The notes under the pieces are model-generated. The model was not told the DNA's origin, did not search any database, and was given only the letters and a program-made list of their open reading frames with translations. Both the position numbers and the translations under genes were made by a program. DNA of 62,987 bases, the filler included, from Licmophora abbreviata (Eukaryota): the NCBI GenBank assembly GCA_900291995.1. It is 29 parts of 29 records of this genome, joined end to end, with 100 filler letters (N's around TTAATTAATTAA, not from the genome) between each part and the next. Parts side by side here need not be neighbours in the genome. Positions count along the whole stretch, not along the records: positions 45,232 to 46,233 come from OLMU01006381.1; positions 46,334 to 47,818 come from OLMU01006383.1; positions 47,919 to 49,114 come from OLMU01006384.1; positions 49,215 to 52,555 come from OLMU01006385.1; positions 52,656 to 55,990 come from OLMU01006386.1; positions 56,091 to 57,615 come from OLMU01006387.1; 23 more parts are not named here. One strand, 5' to 3'. Shown in pieces: positions 45,232-57,615 of the stretch (the first letter of the stretch is position 1; every line of letters starts with the position of its first letter).

Positions 45232-46233
45232 ATCCTCCAAGAAGCTCTCCGCCACGTCCTTCCGGACTCCCGCCTCCGCATCACCGAGGACGTCCACTCC
45301 ACATTGGACCACTTCCGACAGCTCCAAGCGGATTTGCACGCCCGACCCACGCGTATCGCCGAGCTTGTCCCCCTACCGCCGACAGTCCACGGCTGTCACG
45401 ACGCCGCGGCCGCCGGCGCTGGTGGCATCCTTCTACCGACGCCCACAGCCGTACCCCGCGCAACTTCCCTGCGCACCACCAACGGCCGTCGCCGTATCCA
45501 TCATACTCCAGGGCCAATCGTCTGGCGCATGCCGTTTCCTTCTTCCATTGCGGCCGACCTCGCCAGCTTCGACAACCCCCACGGTGACATCACCAACACC
45601 GACCTCGAGCTCGTCGGCAGCCTCCTGCAATCCGCCGCCGCCTCCGATTGTTTTGACTTGCGTGAAAGGACCCACCTCCAGCGTACCGACAACCTCGGTA
45701 CTATGTACTGGCAACGTAAGGGCTCAACCACTACGCTCAAGCCCGCCTCCCGGCTTTTGAGATATCAGGCCGCCCATCAACGTTTCCACCGACATGTCAC
45801 GGTCCATGACTACATCCCCGGACCCGAGAACCAACCGGCCGATGATGCCTCTCGCCTTCAGCACCTGTCAAACTCACAATTCTTGCGCCATTTTGACACT
45901 CACTACCCGCAGACTCTCTCCTGGCGACTTTGGACCCCGCCTCCCGAGCTGCGTTCCTGGATGATCTCCGCGCTGCAGACCACGCCGTCAGCTTCGGCGT
46001 TACCGCTGCCCGTGCCTCCGCCGCCGATACCCACTGGGAGCTTTGGTCCGACTTCTGCGCCGAGCTGGCCGTCGACCCATTACTCCAAGGCTTCGCCGAC
46101 AAAATCACCCTACTCCAAGTCTACCTCCACCGCTACCGCACTGGCATCCTCGCTCCCCGCGGCCGTGCCGTCCGAGCACGCACCGCTGAGGATGCCCTAC
46201 GGTCGGTTGGTCAAACGTTCTCTGCGATGGGGT
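45232..46233 (+). mobile_element. DIRS-like RNase H, overlapped from about 45930 by the N-terminal domain of the tyrosine recombinase
   Basis: CHDAA..GAGG, ITNTDLEL, TDN, YIPGPENQPADDASR; second frame HWELWSDFC..LLQVY..TAEDALRSVGQ. Confidence 0.82.
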
Positions 46234-46542
46234 NNNNNNNNNNNNNNNNNNNNNNNNNNNNNNNNNNNNNNNNNNNNTTAATTAATTAANNNNNNNNNNN
46301 NNNNNNNNNNNNNNNNNNNNNNNNNNNNNNNNNCAGAGGAGAGCAGCGCCGATCGCATGGCTGTTCACTACAATACGTGGTGGCAGGAACACGTCGGTAG
46401 CGCGTGGCAATTGATGTTGATGCTGTCAGCATACCAATTTGTCGATGTGGCGGTGTGTCGTCACCGCAACATCACTCAGGGTTCCCATCCAAATGTCTTA
46501 CTGCCTTCAGATTTCAGAGTGCTCGGAAAGCCGTGTCATGAT

Positions 46543-46560
46543 TGGCACCTGCTGACGTGA
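46543..46560 (+). promoter_or_regulatory. Possible primer-binding site after an LTR end (..TGTCA)
   Basis: TGGCACCTGCTGACGTGA begins with TGG shortly after CA and upstream of gag; cognate tRNA not established. Confidence 0.3.
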
Positions 46561-46696
46561 ATGAGAACCCACGTGTTGTGCTTGCGTTGTGTACCACATC
46601 ATCGTTTTGTTGTGCGTGGCTTGTTTCGTTTGTTTGCTTGTTTCACTTTTCTGAGATTTGTGTTTCGAAATCGTTGATTTGTTTACCACTTACATC

Positions 46697-47818
46697 ATGG
46701 CTGAAGCGATTACCTTTCGTAATGCGTTGATTCGTTGCGGCATCACCCAGGGTGAAGCCTTGTACGTCTTCCCGGAACAAGGGTTCACCAACATGTCTGA
46801 TTTCTCTCAGCTTGCGGAGTCGGAGATCGAGAGCTTCGTTCGTTCGGTGAACAAGATGCCAGTTGCGAGGATTCCGTTTGGCTCCATCAAGAAGTTGAAA
46901 GCGATGAGGAATATGGACGATTGAGAAGAATCGTTTTGGCTTGCCCATCGACCACAACGAGTTCACTGGAGATGAGCTCAACCGGATCGTCGTCAGGATG
47001 GAATTCGAAGTTCACCTTGCGGTCAACAAGCCGAAGACTCCGGAGTTGCCAGAGAAGTTCGCATCGTTTGGCTCGAAATGGAGGGCGTTCAGTGAGGGCT
47101 TCTCGGGTCATTGCAATGTTGCTCGTGGTTGCATGAACATTCCACTTTCGTATGTGCTGCGTGATCATGTCGTTGTTACCGATGGAATTCGTCTTGCGAA
47201 TTACGATACCTCGGATGATCGTTTGTGCGCTTGTGTTCGTCTTGAGGGTGACGAGTTTGACCAGGACAACAATCGTGTTTGGGACCTGTTGCGCCCGCTC
47301 GTGTATGACACTTCGGCTTGGCACTATGTGAAGCAGTTTGACAAGAGTAAGGACGGTCGTAAGGCGTTTCGTGCCTTGGTCCTTAGAGGGGATGGAGAGG
47401 CCGCCAAGGAGGCGCGACGCGCACGGGCGGAGGAGATCATTGCGAAAGCGCAGTTCACGGGTTCGAGTAAGAGGTTCACCTTGCAGAGCTACATCAATCT
47501 TCTTCAGGGAGCGTTCACTGAGTTGTCTGAGTGCGGGGACGAAGAAGCTTATTCGGAAAGGAAGAAGGTGTCGGTGTTCTTGAAGGGGCTGGTCGCCGAT
47601 CGTTTCAAGGTGACGCGGCAATTGATCCTACAGAATCCGGACCTTCGGGAGGACTTCCAGAAAGCGTATGCCTTCTGTGAGACCGCGAACCAGCTTAGTC
47701 AACCTTTGGGCAGCTCGGATGCAGTAGGTGGTTGTCACGTCTCGGAAATCGAACAGTCGGACAGGAGCGAACAACAGCAAGCCGAGACGCTTCATTCCAA
47801 ACGACGAGTGGTTCGCTT
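46697..47818 (+). pseudogene. Copia gag with a frameshift near 46910
   Basis: IPLSYVLR, DNNRVW, KDGRKAFRAL, YSERKKV..FLKGL. Confidence 0.78.
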
Positions 47819-47918
47819 NNNNNNNNNNNNNNNNNNNNNNNNNNNNNNNNNNNNNNNNNNNNTTAATTAATTAANNNNNNNNNNNNNNNNNNNNNNNNNN
47901 NNNNNNNNNNNNNNNNNN

Positions 47919-49114
47919 CAGAGTGGCTCACCGAAACGATTGTGGTGCTTCTGTGGTGAGTGGGTCGCGGCGATAAGACGGAAGACAGCTCACGACTTTG
48001 CAGCTCTCGATGGCTTGACTCCAGAGGAGTCTATCTTTGCTCGACAGGTGGACATTTCGGCGTACGTGCAGTTTGATTGGTACGAGCCGGTGTGGTACAT
48101 TGATCCTGCAGCAGGAGCGGCGGAGCCTCGAAGAAAGCTTGGTCGTTGGATTGGAGTCGCGGAGCACCAGGGTGCGCCGATGACTTACATGGTCTTGCCG
48201 AAGTCGTGTATCCCTATCGCGCGGAGTTCAGTGTTTCCGGTGAGCGGGGACGAACAGATGTCAGAGTCGTATCGTAAGGAGTTGGAGTTGCTTGACAAGT
48301 CAATCGGTGATCGGATCGGGGACGAAGTCGGCGACGACGATGTTGATCTTGAGTAGATGGCATCCCTGCGGTACCTGACGATCTGTTTGAAGACGATTCT
48401 GTTTGGGAACCTGCGGACGGCGAAGCTAGATGCCGGAAGCGGATGAGTTCTATTCTCCTGAGGCTTACGATCAGTACTTGACGGCGTCAGTCCTCATGGA
48501 TAGGGGAGGGGAGCAGATGCGAGGCACTGTGTTGAAGAGGAAGCGAGACGCCGAAGGGAACCCAGTTGGACGATCTAACCAGAACCCTCTGCTGGATAGC
48601 AGGGAGTATGAGGTAGAGTTCCCTGATGGTTCAATTGACGTGTTCACTGCTAACTCGATTGCCGAAGCATTGTATTCGCAGGTCGACGATGAGGGGCGGC
48701 ACTATGCTGTTCTCTCGGAGATCGTTGATCATCGAAAGGACGGGAATGCGCTGTCGGTTGATGACTCGTTCATTGAAGGCACGCGTCACCGTAGGAGGAC
48801 TACTAAGGGTTGGCAGCTACTTGTCGAATGGAAGGATGGGACTTCTGATTGGGTGCCATTGGCAGAGATTAAGGAGTCTAACCCTGTACAGGTCGCTGAG
48901 TATGCTGTGAACAACAAGATTGCTTATGAGCCTGCCTTTGCGTGGTGGGTTCAGCATGTCCTCAAGAAGCGTGATAGGATCATCAAGAAGGTCAAGTCGC
49001 GTTACTGGAAGCGTACCCACAAGTTCGGAATTGAGGTCCCTAAGACGATACAGGAAGGTTTTGATATTGATCGTGCGACTGGTACGGACTTCTGGAGGAA
49101 GGCCTACGAGAAAG
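47919..49114 (+). mobile_element. Copia integrase C-terminus and pre-RT region, frameshift near 48360..48430
   Basis: LWCF, FDWYEPV, LGRWIG, NPLLDSREYEV, TTKGWQLLVEWKDG..EPAFAWWV, THKFGIEVP. Confidence 0.88.
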
Positions 49115-49256
49115 NNNNNNNNNNNNNNNNNNNNNNNNNNNNNNNNNNNNNNNNNNNNTTAATTAATTAANNNNNNNNNNNNNNNNNNNNNNNNNNNNNN
49201 NNNNNNNNNNNNNNGAAACCTTCAGTCAATTTTCAATTTCAGGCAACGTCGCAACC

Positions 49257-51149
49257 ATGATGTCCTCGACCGATGGCAAAGATGAAGAGACGCCCGTGGA
49301 GAGCATAAGCGACCCTTCTCATCGAGACTCGATCGAAAATCATCGATTTGAAGTCGATAACAAGAGATCACTGTGCTTGGGCGGCGAGAACTCTCCCAAC
49401 AAGAAAGCGAAACGCGTTAGTAGCAAGCATGTGGACAAGCAAGTGTTGCATGTTCGAAGAACAATTCAACAATGCTGTGCGACTGACGATCTAGCAGCCG
49501 CTATGGACATATACAAGAAGGCACTTGAGGACGATATCAGAATAGAAGCTCAGTCTTTCTATAATCTACTCAGTCTGTGTGGTGGATTGGGCGATCGAGG
49601 TGTGCATGTGGGAACGCCCAAGCCGCGAGAAGAAGGAGGTGCCATGCCAGGGAAGGGAAAGACTAAATCGGATGTCTGCGTGACAGCAGAGCTACCAATG
49701 AGAATACGAAAAGAATATGCTTTTCGTATCAAACAGAAAATGGATGACCGAGGGCTACATTTGAATGAGACTGCCTACTCGGCACTGATTCGCATGTTGT
49801 CCAAGGAACATGAGGTGGATCGCGCCTCGGAACTGCTGGCGGAGGCAGAGCTCGTTTCTCAGTGTAAGCCGAGGTTGCGACTGTACGCCTCACTATTGTG
49901 TGCCTACTGTGAGCTGCGATGCATGGTTCCTGCGTTGGAATTGTGGGCCCGGTTGTCGAAAAGAGGCCTCGTCTTGACTGAAAGAGAATACGAAGCTCTG
50001 ATGCGCTGTGCTGTCCAAGTACAAGATGCAGTTGTGATGGAACGGATTTTGTCCGAACTGGCAGAAGATGTTTTGGTGCCCAGTCGAGTTACGCTGAAAT
50101 CCATCACCGACTGGTTTGAGTCTCCCGGGTCGGTAAGTGAGAGCGACGTCTTACTCGATACGGCATCCAACGCAATTCACGGCGTGGATCTTCCCACACG
50201 TGACGCACCGTCAATGGGGCCAGTGACAAGTCCAGTCAGTCAGAAGTGGAGAGTCAGTCGAGACTGTACGGTAGACTCTCGGGCTGGCATATTGATGTCG
50301 GGTTGCTTACAGGGCGAAACACTCCAGCCAGTCACTTTGCGACCTTCCACCTGGAACGATATGAAACAAATGAACGAAACAATCGTGTTACATGGCATGC
50401 TGGAAAAGGACAAGTCAGAGTTCCAAGGTGGTGGTAAGGGCCCAAAACGCACGACGGTGAACAAGCATGCCATGGAACGAAAACAAATCAACTGGGAAAG
50501 CTTCCGAAGCTATCTCAAACAACGCTCCAGCACGAGTGGGCCGATTGATGTGGTGATTGACGGCGCGAATGTTGGGTATTTCAAGAAAAACTTCGCGAAA
50601 GCACCGAAACACGTCGACTATCACCAAATCGATTGGGTCGTTCAACACTTCCGTCAGGCCAACAAGAACGTCCTTCTCATTTTGCACGAGCGTCATTTTG
50701 CACCCAACTTGATGCCAAACTCGGCTGCCCCAATTGTTGAGACTTGGAAGGACGTTTTGTACAAGGCCAACTTTGGCATGAACGATGATTGGTTCTGGAT
50801 GCATGCCGCCTTGCACAGTCCAGGCGCGTTGGTTGTTACAAATGACGAGATGCGCGACCATCATTTTCAGTTGTTGCACGCAAGATCCTTTCTGCGTTGG
50901 AAGGAACGACATCAAGTGAAGTTCTCCTTTGGTGACTGGGACGATAGTGGGAAAGAGAGGCATGCCGAGTTCGCTTTCCCCGATCCGTACAGTCGACGCA
51001 TTCAGCGACTCGCGCGTAGCGGAGGGCTCGTCGTGCCACTCCCGAAACGCGGAGATGAACGACGCTTCTTGGACGGCAGTCATGTTGCCAACGACAATGA
51101 GCCTACCGACGAAAGGTACGTATGCATTACGGCGGTCGATCTAAACTAG
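49257..51149 (+). CDS. PRORP: Protein-only RNase P (PPR plus NYN)
   Basis: PPR-like repeats (NETAYSALIR, PRLRLYASLL); VVIDGANVG, NDDWFWMHAA, VTNDEMRDHHF, FLRWKERHQV. Confidence 0.93.
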   Translation: MMSSTDGKDEETPVESISDPSHRDSIENHRFEVDNKRSLCLGGENSPNKKAKRVSSKHVDKQVLHVRRTIQQCCATDDLAAAMDIYKKALEDDIRIEAQSFYNLLSLCGGLGDRGVHVGTPKPREEGGAMPGKGKTKSDVCVTAELPMRIRKEYAFRIKQKMDDRGLHLNETAYSALIRMLSKEHEVDRASELLAEAELVSQCKPRLRLYASLLCAYCELRCMVPALELWARLSKRGLVLTEREYEALMRCAVQVQDAVVMERILSELAEDVLVPSRVTLKSITDWFESPGSVSESDVLLDTASNAIHGVDLPTRDAPSMGPVTSPVSQKWRVSRDCTVDSRAGILMSGCLQGETLQPVTLRPSTWNDMKQMNETIVLHGMLEKDKSEFQGGGKGPKRTTVNKHAMERKQINWESFRSYLKQRSSTSGPIDVVIDGANVGYFKKNFAKAPKHVDYHQIDWVVQHFRQANKNVLLILHERHFAPNLMPNSAAPIVETWKDVLYKANFGMNDDWFWMHAALHSPGALVVTNDEMRDHHFQLLHARSFLRWKERHQVKFSFGDWDDSGKERHAEFAFPDPYSRRIQRLARSGGLVVPLPKRGDERRFLDGSHVANDNEPTDERYVCITAVDLN

Positions 51150-51363
51150 TAGAAATATATGAGAAAACAAGATGCAGTACTAGTCGAATATACCCCAGTG
51201 TCCACTTGCTCGTAAAGTGGCATGCATTAGAGAATAGTCATCTTCCATGCCGGGCGCGCCCGCATCGACACATTTTACCTGCACTTTTTCGAGTCTGTTC
51301 ACTACTATGATACCGACACAGAAACGAGAACTATCCACCATCCATACTGTCTGCACACCCAGT

Positions 51364-52325
51364 TTAGGCCTCCTCACACCACTTATTCTCTTCGCGCACT
51401 TGCGCTTCCTCTTCCGGCGAAAAGTCGTTGGTAATGTTGAAGGTAGAACGAATTTCTTCGGGAGTCTTGCCCTTTATCATGCTGGCCACGGTCGCACAGG
51501 TCAAGTCAAGAAGAGGCTTGATGTCCATGTAGTTGGCGGCAAGAATGAGTTCAAAAAGAATAGACTGGTCGATGGATACAAAGTCGGCATACCACTTTTG
51601 AACTACGTCCGCCATGACTGCGGACTTGAGGGGTTTCTCGATTTCCGTCATGGGTTCGGTACGGTGGTGCTGGCAAAACTCAATGACCTTTTGAAGGACT
51701 TGGGCCTTGACGTTGGGAAGAGGGATCTCATTGACTTCGGTGTCATCGTCCTCTGTGTGAGCAGAAGCATTCATGAGCAAGTCAGTGAGCAGAAGGCAAT
51801 CTGGGAGCGTGCATCACGGCGTACAGGACTCGGAAAAAATTAAAAGTAAAAAATCAGTCGTACCTTCCATCATCGTCTTGGCAAGCTCGGACATCTTGGC
51901 GACAGAAATGGGGACTTCAAAGGAGTCACCCTCCAAGCTGACCTGTGGGAAAGATGAGAGAGGATCATTGAAAGGTGTGTGAGCGAGTACAAGACACGAC
52001 CATGGCAAGCCATCCGCCGTGGACGGCAAGATGGCGCGCGCAAAAAATTCGTGGAGCGACGCGCCGCTTCTCTCCGAACGTGGACGCGGCCTTTCTCTTT
52101 TTTCTTTTCTGGCGTTGCACCATCTGAGACCTGCCCAATCCCCTTGCAATGAATTCAGTCGCAGCAGCAGTTCGGTGGCTTCAGTGCGCATCCCACGTCC
52201 ACATATCGTACTCGTTCTCAAAACTATAGACGCGAATCCCTTGATTTCGCACATTCTTGGTCGTTTCTGGTCCGTTTCTTTTCGTCGGCACTTACAAACG
52301 TGACATTTCCTGTTTCGGTTTCCAT
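51364..52325 (-). CDS. SKP1: SKP1; exons 52325-52296, 51942-51864, 51752-51364
   Basis: [47 protein letters not shown] introns restore the frame [18 protein letters not shown]. Confidence 0.96.
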
Positions 52326-52679
52326 GTTGGTGTGTGGGAATAATGAGATGCGAGAGACTTCGAAACAAACGACGCGAACGACAAAAGTAGGATGATGAGA
52401 TTTCAGATTGCGGTGGTGCACTGTCGATCAGAGAGTTTGGAATGTGGAATTGCAGCTGTGCTCAGTTTTCAGTTTACATTCCACCAACATCACTATTTGT
52501 AGGGTGGAGGGACAGACCTTGCCAGATATGGGATCACTCTCCACTCCCACGACTTNNNNNNNNNNNNNNNNNNNNNNNNNNNNNNNNNNNNNNNNNNNNT
52601 TAATTAATTAANNNNNNNNNNNNNNNNNNNNNNNNNNNNNNNNNNNNNNNNNNNNATTTTAAGAAGATTACTGTGAACG

Positions 52680-55600
52680 ATGGCCGAGTTGCCCTTCAAA
52701 CCGGCGGACAGCTCAAAGCCCACCTCCGATGGGGCGCGAAAGCCTTCGTCGTTAAAGAAGAAGCCATTTCCCAACCACGATCCACGTCGTGCTTTCAACA
52801 AGCCAACAGGGATCAAGGAAGAGAAGTTTGACGGCCGGTGTGACGACCTTACCGGCCATGTGTATGACATCGGCGGCGCCAAGCAGGCGGCCGACATGTA
52901 CACGAAGACGACACGCGAGATCGCCGAATACGTCGGACGTACTTACAGTCAGGGAGCTGACGTGCGATTAGCGATTGAGAACATGGTTCTCCCGGCCTTC
53001 GTCGAACCGAACGATCCAGCTGAGGATGCCACCCGAACGGCACAGCGAATCTGGGAGAAACAGGTCGACGCATTCGTCGCACGTGAGAACAAGCTGATCG
53101 AAAACATGAAGAAAGCATACTCCCTCATCTACGGGCAGTGCTCTGAACCACTGCGTGCGAAACTACAGGCCCTGGCGACACACGACGATATCTCCGCGAC
53201 CTTTGACGCCCTACGACTACTGTCGAACATCAAGTCGACGATGTTCAACGTCCAGTCCCAGAAATACGTACCCCTGGCACTACATGAGGCCAAGCGACGC
53301 TTCTACATGTTGAAACAGGAGCAATCCAGCTCCAATCAAGCGTACTTGGAAAGCTTCAAGAACCTCGTGGATGTGATTGAACACAACGGGGGCGAGCTTG
53401 GGAATGACGAGGGTCTGGTTGACCATGTCCTGGCGACGTACTACAACCGCCCGATCCTACGCGCGAACGCGACTCTCGCCCAGCTCACGGCGTCAACCGA
53501 GAGGGCGAAGGAGGCGTACCTTGCCTGTGCCTTCCTGGCCGGTTCGGACCGCCATCGCTACGGAAAACTTATCGAAGACCTGGAAAATGAATACACCCAG
53601 GGCTCGGATCGCTACCCGAAGACGGTCATCGACGCGTACAACCTCCTGGTACACTGGAAGCAAAACCCACGGAATCTCGTGCGTATCCTTGGAGCTGCCA
53701 ACGACGGAGTTGCCTTTGCTCAAGATGGTACCACCCCACCGACCACGGCTGGAAGCGACGGGGAGATGCCAAAGCAGGGAGGTAGAAAGGGACACGCCAT
53801 GGGGGTTGGTTTCATCACCTGCTACATGTGTGGCGAAAAGGGACATTACTCCACAGACTGTCCGAAGAAGTCGACGACGAAAGAACAATCCGACGAGCAA
53901 TCTGCGACCCAACTGCTGATGGCAGGAGTGACCGACGACGGTGAGACCTCGTTCTTGTTCCAGCAAGAAGGAGGCTACGACGGGTGCCAATTTCACCAGC
54001 CAACTGGCGGTCGGATTCCCAGCAGCTGGATTCTTCTGGACAACCAGTCCACAGTGAACGTCTTCTGTAACCCGAGCTTCCTCAAGAACATCAGACAGGT
54101 CAACCGAACGATGACGATCCACTGCAATGCGGGGACGACGACCACGAGCATGATTGGCGAACTGGCTGGGATGCCGGGAGAAGTCTGGTACAATCCTAAG
54201 GGAATTGCTAACGTTCTTTCCTTGGCGCATGTGGAACAGTATTTCCGAGTGACGTACGACAGCGGAGCCGAAAGCACATTCACGGTACACAAGCCGGACG
54301 GCAGTGTCCGCAAATTCAGGAAATCAGACCGTGGACTGTTCTACTTCGACGCGAACGACGAGGAGCAGTCGGCGACGGTGTTAGTCACTACCGTAGCCGA
54401 TAAGAAGTCTAAATACACTGCACGCGCGTACTCCCAGGCCCTGCTAGCTCGGAAAGTGCAGAACATGATCGGGCGCCCATCCACCCGCGACTTCATCAAG
54501 ATCATCGACGGACACCTGCTGCCCAACTGTCCCGTCACGCGACTCGACGTACAAGCCGCGGAGGACATCTTTGGCCCCAACCTCGGATCCCTGAAAGGAA
54601 AGACCACTCGTCAGTCGGGAACCCACGTCCCAGCAGAGCACGAGGGAATTCCGAAAGGCGTACTGTCGAGGTACCATCATGTGGTCCTCGGGATCGATAT
54701 CATGTATGTCAACAAGATTCCATTCCTCGTCACCATCTCCAGGCACATCAAGTTTGGGACGGCCGAGGTATTGAAGAACCGGAACAAGTCCACGGTGCTT
54801 CAAGCGATACGGAGTGTTCGGAACGTCTATCGCAAGCGAGGCTTCCGAATCCAGCATGCACACGCCGACAACGAGTTCGAGCCACTTCGTGACGGGCTCC
54901 TGGAGCTCGATGGGATTGAGCTCAATACGGCTGCAAACGACGAACACGTCCCGGAGATTGAACGGTACATCCGCACCGTGAAGGAGCGGTCACGGTGTAT
55001 GTACAACACCGTGCCGTTCAAACGAATGCCGTCCCGAATGACGGTCGAGATGGTGATGGCCAGCGTGTTCTGGCTCAACATGTTCCCTGCACGTGACGGG
55101 ATTTCAAACACCCTCAGCCCACGATCAATAGTGGTGGGTCTGAAGCTCGACTACCATCGCCATTGCCAACTGGAGTTCGGCACATATGTCCAAGTCCATG
55201 AGGAACACGACAACTCCATGGCCACACGGACCACTGGCGCCATTGCCCTACGTCCCACAGGAAACGTGCAAGGGGGCTACTTCTTCATGAGCCTAAGCAG
55301 TGGGCGCCGTCTCAACAGGAACCGGTGGACTGAACTACCAATGCCCCAAGATGTAATTGAACGCGTCCATACTCTGGCACGACGCAGCCATGCCAACCGC
55401 GATCTGCTCTTCCAGTGGCGCGACGGCACCCCGATCCAAGATGCGGACGGGAACCCCAACCATGGCCACGACACCGACACCGATTCCGATTCCGATTCCG
55501 ATTATGCACCGAGCGACGACGACATTGACGATGATACTGATGCTGACGATGACGATGACGATAACGATGACGATGTGCACCCCGACGCCCTCGACATGCC

Positions 55601-55990
55601 CATCGCAGGAGTGAATGATGCACCAGACGGCGAAAACGAATATGATGCACCGGATGGTACAAACGACGACGACGAAAATGAACACGAAACGAATGACGCC
55701 AACGACCATGGACCCGATGATGATGAAAACGATGATGATGTACCAGCGCTTGTTGAGCGCCCGCATGATGAGGACTCCGACGATGAGGACTCCGATGATG
55801 AGGACTCCGACGATGAGAACGAGGATTATGACCACGGCGCCGACGAAACTGCAGGAGTGGGGGACGGAACCCCAGGAGTGCACGATGAAATCCCAGGAGT
55901 GGGGGCCACCAACACAGAGTCCCAACCAACCATTGACGAAGAGATGGATGCACGATACGGCACACGTGACCACACACACGGATTACGCCC
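52680..55990 (+). mobile_element. Copia gag-protease-integrase polyprotein, open frame, 3'-truncated
   Basis: YGQCSE, CYMCGEKGHYSTDC, WILLDNQST, IDIMYVN, HADNEF, EHVPEIERYIR. Confidence 0.93.
55470..55905 (+). repeat. Asp/Glu-rich coding tandem repeats (CCGATT, 15-nt DEDSD units, PGV units)
   Basis: Visible in both DNA and protein. Confidence 0.85.
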
Positions 55991-56879
55991 NNNNNNNNNN
56001 NNNNNNNNNNNNNNNNNNNNNNNNNNNNNNNNNNTTAATTAATTAANNNNNNNNNNNNNNNNNNNNNNNNNNNNNNNNNNNNNNNNNNNNGATTGCTGTC
56101 TACAATGGTGAGCGAAGTCCGTGCGAGGTCTGTTTTCTGTTCAGTCCTTGAGAGGAAGACGGAATCTTCGAATCTTCAAGTTCAGTCGGTCCGCGACACA
56201 TTCAACATGTGCTCATTGACATTTGCGCGGTGGGGGGTTGTTATTGAGTCAAAGCACTCGGACCGGACTGGGGCCCGTTGCGCCCACGTAGAAGCTCTAC
56301 TGAACTGATCCAGACTGGCACCCGGCTGTCATTACATCTTATGTGTTTCCGTTCGTACTCCGAGTAAGCCTTAAATAGATAACGCTTGAAAACGTTTACG
56401 TTCAATATTTATTAGAGTACGAATACCATTAGATATATCCCTCTGTCTGTCGATCGTAGACTGACGCACTCGACTCGACTGACTCACTCACTTTATGCAA
56501 GCAACATCTTCCAGCGCGCCTTTTTTTCCGAATTTGGGGGCGTGGCCCGGGACGCTTGTTGCGGCCGAGCAACTGCTTACCGGTAGCTAGACTAATTGGT
56601 AGCGAAATACAAAATGGTGTTACTAGGTACCTGTACACCGCGGGACGGACGAAACAAAGAAGCGAACCAGTCGACTTCATCAAGCAAAGCAAGACAAGAA
56701 GGACAATGTACGCCAATTTCACATGACGAACAAACTCTATATCGTACCTGGTACACTGCTTCTACTGCGCGGTAAGAGTGTCATACCTCACGGCGGTCAA
56801 GTCCACGATGACCCATCCGGAAAGCTCATGCCCCGAATAGGGAGCAGCACTGAAGCGGGGCTTTCATTCGAAATAGAAA

Positions 56880-57615
56880 CTAAATTGATATGAAGTCATC
56901 GCCTAGCTTTCCGTAGACTTCCAGTCGCTTCACAGGAGATGTATCCTTTAGAAGATGCAATATCTCGGCTTCTTTATCAAAGAGGCCCAAGGCACCACCC
57001 GTATGCCAAAAGAGAACATTCTTTCCTCGATATGACTCCTTGTCGTTGGGAACAACATTCGTCAGGAAGTGATACAGTGCTTTCCCACTGTACACTGGAT
57101 CAAGAACAATTCCCGTGTCTATTGCAAACTGAGACACGAATTCAAGTTCGTCTGGAGTGCTCGATGCATACCCCAGGCCCTTGCCCTGGTGTGCGACCAT
57201 GTGCTGTCGAATAAAGTCCTTTGATGGAAGTGTCAATCCCATTTCGTCGGCGATTGAGGCTACAAAATCGTAAAAGTATTCGGGATCGTCGCAGACTCCC
57301 ACAGCATGAACTTCAGGTGCATTGGACGCTACTACTGAACTATCACCTTCCCCATGTGATAGTGCCATGCCCAGACAGATGCCACACGCAGTGCCTCCAC
57401 TCCCACAGGCAAACACGACATGATCCATGGTTTGATCAAGCTCTTCCAGCTGATTATTCAGCTCGTCGACAGCCTTGATGTATCCCCAGCTTCCCAGTCC
57501 ATTAGAACCCCCAACAGGTATAGAGTACGGCTTTGCACCCTCGGTTTCTCGAAGATGCTTGCACAACCGTTCCACCAGCGCATTCGACCCGACTCTCCCA
57601 TATTCCCCTGGAGTG
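56880..57615 (-). CDS. D-cysteine desulfhydrase / ACC deaminase family PLP enzyme, C-terminal part
   Basis: IPVGGSNGLG.WGY, VFACGSGGT, GLGYA, LDPVYSGKA, FWHTGG. Confidence 0.92.

Noticed and set aside
37061..51149. Functional link between the bacterial NYN gene, tRNAs and PRORP
   Set aside because: Different organisms and different contigs
55312..56046. His/Arg-, Ile/Val- and Met/Thr-rich ORFs
   Set aside because: Alternative frames of the Asp-rich repeat
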